From Terriglobia bacterium (GTDB lineage: Bacteria; Acidobacteriota; Terriglobia; Acidiferrales; UBA7541), in NCBI GenBank assembly GCA_963695545.1, contig OY968796.1:1632001-1696000 (forward strand): a stretch of 64,000 nucleotides of DNA, given 5' to 3'. Position 1 is the stretch's first letter. The number at the start of each line of letters is the position of its first letter. Under the pieces are notes generated by a model. It saw nothing but the letters and a program-made list of their open reading frames with translations, made no database searches and was not told the DNA's origin. This document shows, piece after piece, positions 41,417-51,337 of the stretch. Both the position numbers and the translations under genes were made by a program.

Positions 41417-42604
41417 GTGCACATCCTGGTTCTGAACGAATACTTTCCGCCGGACACATCCGCGACGGCCAAACTCGCACTCGAATTCCTCAGGCCGCTG
41501 GCGCGCCGCAATCGGGTGACCGTTGTCTGTGGCCGGCCGTCATACGATCCCACCGAACGCCATCCCTACTATCTGTGGCGGCGCGAAGTCCGCGGTAATC
41601 TGGCTATCGAGCGCGTCGGCTCGACCGCCTTTCCGCGCTTCCAGATGCGCCGCCGCGTCAGCAATTATCTGACATATCTCGCGCTCGCCATTCCCCGCGC
41701 GCTCGCCATTCGCTCTGACGTCGTCCTCTCGATGACCGATCCGCCCGTGATGGGAATCGCCGCCTCTCATGTAGCGCGCATTACTGGCCGTCCTTTCATC
41801 TACAACATTCGCGATTTGTATCCCGACATGGCCATCGGCGGAAACATCGTGCGGCCCAGCCGATTCATCAAGCGATGGGAGCGCATGCACAGAAAAGCTC
41901 TGCGCAGTGCGACGCGCGTGATCGTGCTAGGAGAAGACATGCGCGATCGCATTCTGGCGAAAGGCGTGGACCTCGCGCGCATTGCGATCGTTCGCGACGG
42001 CGCGCCCTTGCCCGATTCGCTGCCGTCGCCCGACAATCCCGTGGCTCGCCAAATTCGCGGCGATTTCCGCTTCGTTCTCGTGCACGCAGGAAATCTCGGT
42101 TTCTACGGCGCCTGGCGCAGCCTGGTTCGCGCCGCGCGACTTTTGGCGCCGGAAGGGGTTGGACTGGTGTTCATTGGCGAAGGCGCGCAGAAGCCCGAGA
42201 TCGAAGCCGAAGCCGACGGCTGTCCCGCGGTGCGATTCATGCCATATTTCCCCGCGCGCGACATTCCCAACGTGCTCGCCTCCGGCGATATGCACATCGT
42301 CACCGTCAACCGAGGACTCGAAGGAGTTGTCGTGCCGTCAAAGCTCTACCCGCTCCTTGCCGCCGGGCGGCCGATTCTGGCCGTCGCTCCGCTCGACGCT
42401 GATGCCGCGCGCATCGTTGGCCGCGCCCGTTGCGGTTTCGTGGCCGATCCCGACAATCCCGAAGCAGTGGCCGAAGCCGTCCGCAGCGTACTGCGCGATC
42501 CCTCGCTCTTGTCCGAAATGTCCGCGCGCGCGAGAGAGATCGCAATAAGCTATGATAAGGCGAAGCAAATTGACGCCTTTGTGAAAATCGTGGAGGAAAT
42601 TTAG
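41417..42604 (+). CDS. GT4 glycosyltransferase (WbuB-like)
   Basis: ILVLNEYFPPD, DLYPD, HAGNLG, VPSKLY..LA.GRP; GTG start. Confidence 0.88.
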   Translation: MHILVLNEYFPPDTSATAKLALEFLRPLARRNRVTVVCGRPSYDPTERHPYYLWRREVRGNLAIERVGSTAFPRFQMRRRVSNYLTYLALAIPRALAIRSDVVLSMTDPPVMGIAASHVARITGRPFIYNIRDLYPDMAIGGNIVRPSRFIKRWERMHRKALRSATRVIVLGEDMRDRILAKGVDLARIAIVRDGAPLPDSLPSPDNPVARQIRGDFRFVLVHAGNLGFYGAWRSLVRAARLLAPEGVGLVFIGEGAQKPEIEAEADGCPAVRFMPYFPARDIPNVLASGDMHIVTVNRGLEGVVVPSKLYPLLAAGRPILAVAPLDADAARIVGRARCGFVADPDNPEAVAEAVRSVLRDPSLLSEMSARAREIAISYDKAKQIDAFVKIVEEI

Positions 42605-42638
42605 CGCGCCGGCCCCCGCCCTGCGCGACGCCCAAAAA

Positions 42639-43670
42639 ATGAAGCCCAGCGAAACTTTTTGGTCCGGCAAGAAAGTGCTCATCACGGGCGGCGCCTCATT
42701 CATCGGCTCAACTCTCGCCGATCAGCTCATCGCCCGTGGAGCGACGATACGCGCCGTCGACGATCTCACCAGCGGCCACCTCGACAACATCAAGGGACAC
42801 ATCTCGAGCGGCAAGCTAGAATTTCTTCGCGCTGATCTGCGCGAGCCGGGTATCGCCCGCGGCGCTGTCTCCGGCGTAGACACGGTTTTTCATCTCGCCG
42901 CCGATCACGGTGGGCGCGGCTACGTCGATTTGCATCAGGCCGGCCCCGCTTCCAATTTTTTTCTCGATGGTCTGATTTTTTCCGAAGCGCTCCGGGCCAA
43001 GGTGCGCAAAGTTGTTTTTGCTTCTTCGGGTTGTGTCTATCCGAATTTTCTCCAAGCCGATGCCACGAAAATGCTTTATCTCACCGAGGATCTCACCAAG
43101 GGTCCGAACGACGCGGATAATACTTACGGTTGGGCCAAGCTGATGGGCGAATTCACCCTCCAAGCCTACGCCAAAGAACACGGCCTGAAGGCCGCCTCCT
43201 GCCGTTACTTCACTGTTTACGGCCCGCGCGGCGTGGAAAATCACGCCGTGATCGCCATGATCGCGCGCGCCTTCGTTGGCCAGAATCCGTTCGAGGTTTG
43301 GGGCGACGGCACGCAGATTCGCAACTGGACCTACATTGACGATATCGTCTCCGGCACGATTCTCGCCGGCGAAAAAATCGACGACGGCACGCCCGTGAAT
43401 CTTGGCACCATGGAACGCGTGCGCGTGATCGACGCCGTAAATATGGTGCTCGAATTCACCGGCCAAAAAGCGGAAATTAAGTTTCTCCGCGACATGCCCA
43501 CCGGCCCGCTCAATCGCGTGGCCGATAATTCCCGCGCCAAACAGTTGCTGGGATGGGAGCCCGAGGTTACCTTCCGCGAAGGCTTGCGCCGGACGATTGA
43601 CTGGTATTACAAAACGAAGGATCGCGCTCAGGTCCAGTCGATTTTGAAACGCATGCTGACCGAGCGCTGA
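42639..43670 (+). CDS. NAD-dependent epimerase (GDP-mannose 3,5-epimerase-like)
   Basis: TGGASFIG, HLAADHGGRGY, SSGCVYP, YGWAK, WGDGTQ.R. Confidence 0.88.
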   Translation: MKPSETFWSGKKVLITGGASFIGSTLADQLIARGATIRAVDDLTSGHLDNIKGHISSGKLEFLRADLREPGIARGAVSGVDTVFHLAADHGGRGYVDLHQAGPASNFFLDGLIFSEALRAKVRKVVFASSGCVYPNFLQADATKMLYLTEDLTKGPNDADNTYGWAKLMGEFTLQAYAKEHGLKAASCRYFTVYGPRGVENHAVIAMIARAFVGQNPFEVWGDGTQIRNWTYIDDIVSGTILAGEKIDDGTPVNLGTMERVRVIDAVNMVLEFTGQKAEIKFLRDMPTGPLNRVADNSRAKQLLGWEPEVTFREGLRRTIDWYYKTKDRAQVQSILKRMLTER

Positions 43671-43742
43671 AGGTCCCCGCGATCCCCGCGGCGGACCCTC
43701 GTTTTGAAAAAGACGCCCTCGGTCGGGCGTCCTGAGAGGCAC

Positions 43743-44780
43743 TTGTTGTTCGCTGCCGTTCTCGCATTCATCGTAGCCTTGTGCGCGTCGCTCGCCCTGA
43801 CGATTCCGGTGCGCCATTTCGCGCTGCATGTCGGCATGGTGGACCGCCCCGGCCCTCGCAAAGTCCACGCGGTCCCGATACCGTTGCTCGGCGGTCTCGC
43901 AATCTATTCCGGCGTGACGCTCGCGATCCTCTTCGCGATCCACGGCGCCGCGTTGTCTCAAGTGGTTGGCATTTTTGCTGGAGCCACGCTCGTCGCCGCC
44001 GTGGGTTTTCTCGACGATCGAGGCTTGTTGCATCACCAAATTAAACTGTTTCTCGCTATGCCGGCCTCCGCCGTGATCCTGCTCGCTTCCGGAATTCGCG
44101 CTTACGTTTTTTCCGTGGTCTGGCCGGGCCGCGCCGGGTGGTGGTGCGACACGGCGTTGACGCTCCTCTGGGTCGTCGGCATCACCGCCGCGTTCAGCAT
44201 CCTCGATCACATGGACGGCCTGTGCGCCGGCGTCGCGGCCACCGCTTCTTTTTTTTTCGCGATCTTCGCGCTCCACAGCGGCCAATGGCTGGTCGGCACC
44301 ATGGCCGCCGCTGTGATGGGAGCCGCGATTGGATTCCTGCGCTGGAATTTCAGCCCCGCGAAAATCTTCATGGGTGACGGCGGCGCGATGTTCCTGGGCT
44401 TCTTGATGGCCACCCTGGCGCTGAAGCTGCGCCCCGAAGGACCCGCACACGCATATTGGCTTGCGCCCGTGCTGATTTTGGGCGTCCCGGTTTTTGACAC
44501 AACGCTGGTATCGATCTCCCGTTCGCGCCGGGGATTGCTGCCATTCAGCACGCCCGGCAAAGACCATACCGCGCACCGCCTTTCGAACCTCGGATTCCGC
44601 CAACGGGGGGCAGTCCTTTTGCTCTACGGTCTGGGTGTGATCTTCGGACTTTTGGCGTTGGTTTTGAGCCGCCTTGGTAGCGATCTGGCGATGGGCCTCG
44701 CTGCGGCGATCGCGTTGGCAGGGCTGATTGCAATAGGATGGCTCGAACGCGCCCCGTACGAGCGCCAGTCCGCGCACTGA
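43743..44780 (+). CDS. WecA/TagO-like undecaprenyl-phosphate sugar-1-phosphate transferase (MraY family); alternative start 43704
   Basis: D.PGPRKVH..P.P.LGG, GFLDD, DHMDGL, PAKIFMGD.G, D.H..HRL. Confidence 0.9.
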   Translation: MLFAAVLAFIVALCASLALTIPVRHFALHVGMVDRPGPRKVHAVPIPLLGGLAIYSGVTLAILFAIHGAALSQVVGIFAGATLVAAVGFLDDRGLLHHQIKLFLAMPASAVILLASGIRAYVFSVVWPGRAGWWCDTALTLLWVVGITAAFSILDHMDGLCAGVAATASFFFAIFALHSGQWLVGTMAAAVMGAAIGFLRWNFSPAKIFMGDGGAMFLGFLMATLALKLRPEGPAHAYWLAPVLILGVPVFDTTLVSISRSRRGLLPFSTPGKDHTAHRLSNLGFRQRGAVLLLYGLGVIFGLLALVLSRLGSDLAMGLAAAIALAGLIAIGWLERAPYERQSAH

Positions 44781-44889
44781 ATCGCTTCGCTGATCTGGTC
44801 ATTTGAGATCGAATTCCAGTCGAGACGCGGCGTAAGTGCGAACCAAGCGTCGGTGTTCTCCGGAACTAGCGTAAGATGAGTCATTCGCC

Positions 44890-46128
44890 ATGGCGGAGGA
44901 AAAATCGACCAAGCGAACTCGTCGAAAACTGAAACTCGTGATTTACACTCACGATTTTCTGCCGCTTCTAGGCGGAGTCCAAACTCAAATTGAATTGTTG
45001 GGCCGGGGATTTATGACATTCCCCGGTGCCGATGGTCTGCCCGAGTTTGACCCGATCGTCGTCACCAACACACCCGCCAACGGTTTCGACGATTCTTCCC
45101 TGGCGTTTCCGATCGTCAGAAATCCCGCCCTTTCGCAGTTGGTCGGCCTCATTCGAGGAGCCGATGTCCTGCATCTCGCGGGCCCCGCTTTGCTGCCATT
45201 GGTGATTTCCTGGCTGCTGCGAACCCCGACCATTGTTGAGCATCATGGTTACCAGGCGATTTGCCTAAACGGCGCCCTTTTGCACGAACCGGACCGCGCT
45301 GTCTGCCGCGGGTACTTTCAGGCCGGACAAATCTCCGAATGCTTGCGCTGTCAGCGTTCCGAGCTGTCTTCCACGTCCAAAAGTCTGCTCCGTTTGATCG
45401 CGACGAAAATGCGAAACTTCCTTTGTCGGCAGGTGGAAAATGTCGCGATCACCGGCCACGTTCTCAGGCGGCATGATCTGCCCCGTTCCCAGGTGATCTA
45501 TTACGGCATCGAGGAAAGTCTGGCGGGCCAAGCGGGCGGCGCGCCGAATTCCCGCGATCTAGCGAAAGTCTGCTTCGGCTATTTGGGAAGACTGGTCCCG
45601 GAAAAAGGGGTCGGCGTCTTGCTGGATGCTGCAGGAGAGTTGCACAAGCAAGGGCACGATTTCGCCCTCTGGTTGATCGGCGACGGCACAGATCGCCCCC
45701 GTCTGGAAAGTCAAATTGGTCAGCTAGACCTCAGCTCACGCATTCATCTCACCGGGTTTCTCAGCGGCGAAGCTCTATCGTCGTTGCTCCAGAAAATCGA
45801 CGTCATCATCATGCCCTCGGTGTGGGAAGAAACGGCGGGTCTTTCCGCGATCGAGCAAATGATGAGAGGCCGCCTCGTCATCGCCTCCGATATCGGCGGC
45901 CTCAGCGAAGTCGTATCGGACGCCGGAATCCTGTTCCCGCCCGGTAACGCCGAAGCCTTGGCGGAACGCATGTCCGCCGTGATCGCTCATCCAGAGTTGA
46001 TCGAGACGCTTGGTTTCAAGGCTCGCGAGCGCGCCTTACGCGCCTTCAAATTGGAACGAATGTTGGACGAACACGCGCACCTTTGCCGGCAAGTTGTTGC
46101 GAAGCGGGGACCTAAAAGTGGCATTTGA
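44890..46128 (+). CDS. GT4 glycosyltransferase
   Basis: GGVQ, GRLVPEKG, PSVWEETAGLSAIEQ, GGLSEVV. Confidence 0.9.
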   Translation: MAEEKSTKRTRRKLKLVIYTHDFLPLLGGVQTQIELLGRGFMTFPGADGLPEFDPIVVTNTPANGFDDSSLAFPIVRNPALSQLVGLIRGADVLHLAGPALLPLVISWLLRTPTIVEHHGYQAICLNGALLHEPDRAVCRGYFQAGQISECLRCQRSELSSTSKSLLRLIATKMRNFLCRQVENVAITGHVLRRHDLPRSQVIYYGIEESLAGQAGGAPNSRDLAKVCFGYLGRLVPEKGVGVLLDAAGELHKQGHDFALWLIGDGTDRPRLESQIGQLDLSSRIHLTGFLSGEALSSLLQKIDVIIMPSVWEETAGLSAIEQMMRGRLVIASDIGGLSEVVSDAGILFPPGNAEALAERMSAVIAHPELIETLGFKARERALRAFKLERMLDEHAHLCRQVVAKRGPKSGI

Positions 46129-46367
46129 GCACGACCAAGTACCATTACTAAGTACCATTACTTCATTCTGATGCCGCGTTCCCGCGATGGGAAAAAATTT
46201 GGAACGCGTTGCTATATTGTGCAAGTCGCTTTCCTTCCAATATAATTTGCGGGGCTGGTATGCCTATTGTTTGCAGCGCGTTGATAATGGCAATCATCGT
46301 GCACATTACGGACGGGAAGCCTTAGGATATCTGCCTCGCGCCGGCAGCGGCCAGGAGGTTTTGCAAG

Positions 46368-46946
46368 ATGCGGAAGTCTTTGTTGGTTGCAGTCGTAGTA
46401 CTGTTCGTCGCGATGGCGGTGACCACCGTTCGCGCGGACTCAACGTCTAACTTCGACTTCACGACGACGGTTGGCCAAGCGCCAACTTCGGGTGTGATCG
46501 ATTGCGATTCCGTGGGTTGCCCCAATTCCATCTCGGCTACGGTGGAATGGGAAGGACTCACGTTTAACTTCTCCGACGCGGTTCTCACCGGGGGTCTCCA
46601 ACCCTCTAGCTACTTCGCGGACTCCGCCACCTGTACAGCAACCGCACCGTCTGCGCTAGTCGACCAAGCGCTGAACGGATGCGCAGGATACGATGGTTGG
46701 GCCACGGCCGAAGAGTCGGATGGAACATGGCTCTTTGCGCTTGATAGTGGCGTCCCGGGGTTGTTCGCAGTGGTCTCGGGAACCGGCACGGTCGATGAGG
46801 GTGCCGTCGCGTCTGGCGGCACATTCACCGATCCAGCCCCCACACCGGAACCGGGCTCAGGTGATCTGTTGCTGATCGGCCTGGCGCTATTGGGAATCGT
46901 GGTTCTGCGAAAGGGCATCGCTCAGGGCCGTCATCAGAGCGCCTGA
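46368..46946 (+). CDS. PEP-CTERM sorting domain protein
   Basis: AGGAGG RBS, signal peptide ending VRAD, Ser/Thr/Gly/Asp-rich body, C-terminal TPEPGS + hydrophobic helix + RK. Confidence 0.88.
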   Translation: MRKSLLVAVVVLFVAMAVTTVRADSTSNFDFTTTVGQAPTSGVIDCDSVGCPNSISATVEWEGLTFNFSDAVLTGGLQPSSYFADSATCTATAPSALVDQALNGCAGYDGWATAEESDGTWLFALDSGVPGLFAVVSGTGTVDEGAVASGGTFTDPAPTPEPGSGDLLLIGLALLGIVVLRKGIAQGRHQSA

Positions 46947-47032
46947 TCGCGTCGTTCCTCTCGCTTCCGGCTCGGGATGGGTTTCTATCTATCGCGAGCG
47001 CGACATGACTTACCAAGCTGCGTCGTGAGGCG

Positions 47033-48232
47033 TCACGGCGCAGCTTTTTTTCTGCGCAATATTTCTGAGAATATTTCGCGGAGTTGTCTGCCGTTGTCGT
47101 CCCAGGCATATCGTCTCGCTGTTTCGGCCGCGCGCTCGCCCAACCGCGCGCGCAGATCGGAATCCTCGTACAGCGAGCGCATGTACGACGCGATCGTAGA
47201 CACATCATTAGGATCTTGTAGGATCAAACCATCCACACTGTCCGTCATAATCTCAGCCGTACCGTTCGTCGAGGTTGTGATCACAGGCAGGCCGCAAGCC
47301 ATAGCCTCCATTGGCGGCTGCGCAAAGGTATCCTCAAGCGACGGGCCGACGTAGGCATCCGCCGCGGCGTAGTAATACGCCACGTCGCCGCGCGAAGGCA
47401 GAAAGCGCACGCGTCCCGCAAGCTTCAACCGCTCGATCGGCGCATCGTATGGCCGCGTTTCATCGTTGCCCGCGACGTACAAGGCTACCGGCAGATCGGA
47501 CAGCGACGGCAATGCCTCGAGCAGCGTGAACAATCCTTTCTTGCGCCAATCATTTCCAACCAGAAGAAAAACGAACTGATCGGCCGGAATTCCCAGCTCC
47601 CTTCGCGTCGCCTCCCGCCGCGCCAACCGTCGCTGCGGATCGAATACCGCGTGATCGAGCCCCATGTAGACGACGGGCAGTTCGTCATGCGCGCCATAGA
47701 AACGGTCCAGGTCTGCGGCCGTCTTGCGCGCGATCAAGATCAGTTGCGCGCGTGGCCCGGTATACAAGTGGCGTTCCAACGCGATCGTAAGCCGGTAAAA
47801 AATCCATCGATGCAAGAGGCGCGGCCAGGAACGCACCGGATTTCGGGCCAAGGCAAGCTCCGGCCGCACTTGCCGGACGAACTCGGCGAACACGATGTGA
47901 ATCGAAATCGCATCCGCGTCCAGGCAGTTGGTCCCCGGAGTGAACACAAGGTCGTGGCGAATTCCGCGAAACGACCGATCCCACCATCGCCAGGCATGAT
48001 TGGCTGCGAGCCACCACGTGAAATTCACGATGTGCGGACCGGGAATTTTCGGAATCCGGTGCCACGTCAAATGCGCGAGATCCAAGTCTTCGACGCGCTG
48101 GCTGTAGACGTGCACGTCGTAATCTTCCGTTAGACGCGCGGTCCATTCCGCGATACGGCGTTCTGTGCCGTGACGCTTGTCAATGAATGGAGAAACAACG
48201 GCGAGGATCGGTTTGGACGCGCGCGTGGCCAT
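47033..48232 (-). CDS. GT4 glycosyltransferase
   Basis: GTER, RKKG, EDTFAQPPMEAMACGLPVI. Confidence 0.9.
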   Translation of the reverse strand: MATRASKPILAVVSPFIDKRHGTERRIAEWTARLTEDYDVHVYSQRVEDLDLAHLTWHRIPKIPGPHIVNFTWWLAANHAWRWWDRSFRGIRHDLVFTPGTNCLDADAISIHIVFAEFVRQVRPELALARNPVRSWPRLLHRWIFYRLTIALERHLYTGPRAQLILIARKTAADLDRFYGAHDELPVVYMGLDHAVFDPQRRLARREATRRELGIPADQFVFLLVGNDWRKKGLFTLLEALPSLSDLPVALYVAGNDETRPYDAPIERLKLAGRVRFLPSRGDVAYYYAAADAYVGPSLEDTFAQPPMEAMACGLPVITTSTNGTAEIMTDSVDGLILQDPNDVSTIASYMRSLYEDSDLRARLGERAAETARRYAWDDNGRQLREIFSEILRRKKAAP

Positions 48233-50143
48233 TCAGCGCGTAACCTTCATTGATTCGCACCATCGCTGCAGCACAAACAGCGACCAAACGCGCGACCATC
48301 CCATCCGCGCGGGATGCGCCAGAAATCGCCGCCATACCTGGCCAACCGCGCGCGGATCGAGCACTCCTGCGGCGCGCAACCGGTCGGGCGCGAAGGCCGC
48401 TTCGACGATCGGGCGCAATTCCGAGGAAAGCCAGCGGCTGTATGGAAGCACGAATCCGCGTTTGGGCCGCCCGATAATTTCCTCATACGCTGCCGGCGGC
48501 ATCAAGCGGCGCATCGCGTCGAGCAGTAATTTTTTCTTTTGCATGCGCAGCGACGCCGGCAGCGAAAACGTGTATTCCATCAACTCGTGGTCTAAGAATA
48601 CGGGGCGCACTTCAAGGCTGTGCGCCATGCTCATCGCGTCTCCATCGCGGAGCAGGCGCGGCTCCAGATGCGCGTGCACGTCGAGATAAGCGATCCGTTC
48701 CATCACTCCGCACGGTGCGGCGCGCGACGCCCACTCGCTAATGTGGCGGCGCGCCTCCGTTTCGCCACGGCGCGTGGCCGCGCCTCCACCGGACCGAGCC
48801 AATTCCGGATCCACCAGGCGCGCGAGGTCGCTATCTAGAAATAGAAGCCTCACCGCCAACTCCGCCGCGATGAAGGGCTCGTCCGCGCCCGCCAGATACG
48901 AAAGCTTGCGCCATCGAAACGGCAGCGCTGCGTAATCGAATAGAGCGTCGGCCACGGGTCGTGGCAGCCAGCGCAGCCGATTTGCCGTGCGCGTAAATCG
49001 TTCGAACCATTCGATCGAATCGTAGCCGCCGAACAGTTCGTCGCCGCCCTGCCCCGTCAGCGCCACTTTGAAGCCGGCGCGTTTCGCGGTGCGGCAAATC
49101 CAGTAAGCGTTCAGCCCATCGACGGTGGGCGCATCCATGGCCCAAATCGCGTGATCCAGCCCGTCGAGCACCTCGCGCGCCGAAAGTGTCAAGACGTTGT
49201 GTGGGATTTTCAAAATATCCGCTGTACGCCTACTGGACTCGGATTCATCGAAGGCTTTCTCTTCAAATCCAATGGTCAGTGCCGTCAGCCGTCCCGTGCC
49301 GGCGCGCTGCGCCAGAACGCCGAGCGCCGCGGAATCCACTCCGCCGCTCAAGAAAAGCGCAACGGGAACATCCGAGATCAAATGGCAACGCATAGCCTGG
49401 GTCAATGCGTTGCTTAAGGTTTCCGATATCGAATCGCTTGTCGGCACCGCGCCATTCGTTTTCGCGCACGGTTGCAAATCCCAATAGCGCCGCGTTTCAA
49501 ACACACGGTCTTTCCACGTTGCAATATGCCCAGGCGCGAGCGGCCGAACGCTTTCGATTGCCGCATACGGCGGAGGAATGTGTCCGAGCTGCAAAAAGAT
49601 GCGCACTGCGTGCGCATCGATGCGGCGCGGCAGCAAACCAGAAGCGAGCAACGTTTTGATTTCAGAGCCGAACATGATGCGATCTGGCGTCACTGAGTAA
49701 TACAGCGGCTTGATGCCGAGGCGATCTCGCGCGAGTAGCAAGCGGCGCTGGCGGCTATCCCATATGGCGAACGCAAACATTCCGCGCAGTTTTTCAACGC
49801 ACGCGTCGCCGAGTTCGGCGTAGAGATGAAGAACGACTTCGGTGTCGGTGGCGGAGCGAAACACATGGCCGCGGGAAACCAACCATTCGCGGAGCTCGGC
49901 CGCATTGTAACACTCTCCGTTGTAGGTGATCCAACAACTGCGGTCGGCGTCCGGCATAGGTTGGCGGCCGCGCTCGCTAAGGTCGAGAATCGCAAGACGC
50001 GCGTTCCCAAGAACGCAGTTGTCGACGACTTCGATTCCGTTGCTATCGGGACCCCGGTGCAGGAGCGCGGCGGTCATCGCCCGGGCGGAGTCTACGTGTT
50101 CCGGCGTCAAGTTTCGCGCCGCGATGCCGCCAATTCCGCACAC
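48233..50143 (-). CDS. asnB: Asparagine synthase (glutamine-hydrolysing)-like amidotransferase, glycan-associated
   Basis: N-terminal MCGI, HRGPD, RDRLGIKPLYY, LSGGVDS, G.GGDELFGGY, SMAHSLEVR. Confidence 0.93.
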   Translation of the reverse strand: MCGIGGIAARNLTPEHVDSARAMTAALLHRGPDSNGIEVVDNCVLGNARLAILDLSERGRQPMPDADRSCWITYNGECYNAAELREWLVSRGHVFRSATDTEVVLHLYAELGDACVEKLRGMFAFAIWDSRQRRLLLARDRLGIKPLYYSVTPDRIMFGSEIKTLLASGLLPRRIDAHAVRIFLQLGHIPPPYAAIESVRPLAPGHIATWKDRVFETRRYWDLQPCAKTNGAVPTSDSISETLSNALTQAMRCHLISDVPVALFLSGGVDSAALGVLAQRAGTGRLTALTIGFEEKAFDESESSRRTADILKIPHNVLTLSAREVLDGLDHAIWAMDAPTVDGLNAYWICRTAKRAGFKVALTGQGGDELFGGYDSIEWFERFTRTANRLRWLPRPVADALFDYAALPFRWRKLSYLAGADEPFIAAELAVRLLFLDSDLARLVDPELARSGGGAATRRGETEARRHISEWASRAAPCGVMERIAYLDVHAHLEPRLLRDGDAMSMAHSLEVRPVFLDHELMEYTFSLPASLRMQKKKLLLDAMRRLMPPAAYEEIIGRPKRGFVLPYSRWLSSELRPIVEAAFAPDRLRAAGVLDPRAVGQVWRRFLAHPARMGWSRVWSLFVLQRWCESMKVTR

Positions 50144-51337
50144 GTTGTGAAGAATCTCCCCTCAGCACTGCGACGCCGAGCGATTCGAGAATATTACAAT
50201 AGCGCGTGAGCTGCCTTCAGAAAAATCGCATTGCGGCAGGTGCGAAGGACGGCCCAATGATGCCAACCAGAATGCCGGATTTGGAGGTCTGGCCAACAGA
50301 TCGTACGGTTTGCCTGCCATCGACACAACGAGTTTGCCGCAAGAGCAGGCCCAAACGAAATCAGCAGGCTTCCGGCGGCTCGTTATTGCCAAAAGCGGTC
50401 GCTGAAATGAGTGAATCGAAGGTCGTGTTCATCGCTTGTGAAATCGAACGTCTCACAAGACAATATGCGGATTTGGAGGCAGAAGGTCGGCGAACGCCTG
50501 AATGCAAATCGTCCGTCGCCATCATTCCGGGTCAAGAGGCCCCACATCCCCGGTTGCGTTACGAGACCCACGTCAGCTGTGCGATCGACAGGACTTTGAA
50601 CCGGCTCGATCGCTTGCAACGGATGCGCAAGAGGCTACTCTTGCTCCGCCAGGATGGCGCCCAAGTCCCCTCATGGCTCCATCAGGGCGGATCTAACTTG
50701 GATTTCCGATTTGGATTTCACCAAACGAGCCGTTGGATGTCGATCCTTATCGATATTCACGCAGGGTTGGACGCGGCGAGAATGCCTTGGAGTCGCAGAC
50801 CTCATGGACGAGAAACAAAATCAGTTGCGTCGGGCCTTGAGATTCCCGACGTGGGTAGGACGGGGAAGCTTCGGCGGTTCCTCGCGGCGCCAGGCCCTCG
50901 AAACTCGCTGGGAATCGGACTTGCATTTCGAGGCCATCAAGTTCATGTTTTTAACGTAAGTTAGCAAGCAAAATGGTAACCCTGGCCCGTTACGCTAGCG
51001 TTGTGCGAGGCAGACTTGACGCCGCCCGAAGTGCAGTGTGGAGAATCGGCTAGTCGACAGACCCAGCGTTATTGGCGCTCAATACGATAGGGACAGGATC
51101 GCAACGTTACCCGGGCGGATAGCATCAAAGCTGGATATGGGGTTCGCCCCGTCGGTTCTCTCCCGGAAAAGGGACGCCGGGAAGACATTCTTTGGCCAGT
51201 ATCTCGTAGCGGCGCGGTCGCGGCCCCTGCCCGAGGCTGACGCGCGATGCGTTGCGGTGTGCAATGGTCATCCTGTGGAATCTCCCTCCGCCCACGTGGC
51301 ATTCGAGATTGCATACTAGGTTTTTGGAGGATTTGAA

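Noticed and set aside
43671..43706. Intrinsic terminator after the epimerase
   Set aside because: A GC hairpin is present, but the U-tract is short and offset and the next gene follows closely on the same strand; not enough support
42816..44777. 653-aa minus-strand ORF
   Set aside because: Antisense shadow of the epimerase and WecA genes; no recognisable motifs, typical of GC-rich DNA
46200..46213. Sigma54 promoter TGGAACGCGTTGCT upstream of the PEP-CTERM gene
   Set aside because: GG to GC spacing is 8 nt
48233..50143. AsnB as a lasso-peptide cyclase partnering the PqqD cluster
   Set aside because: It has a full N-terminal Cys glutaminase domain, is coupled to a GT4 gene and lies over 11 kb away; no lasso B protease seen
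50206..50964. 252-aa ORF as an intact gene
   Set aside because: Only a short internal segment looks protein-like; treated as a remnant
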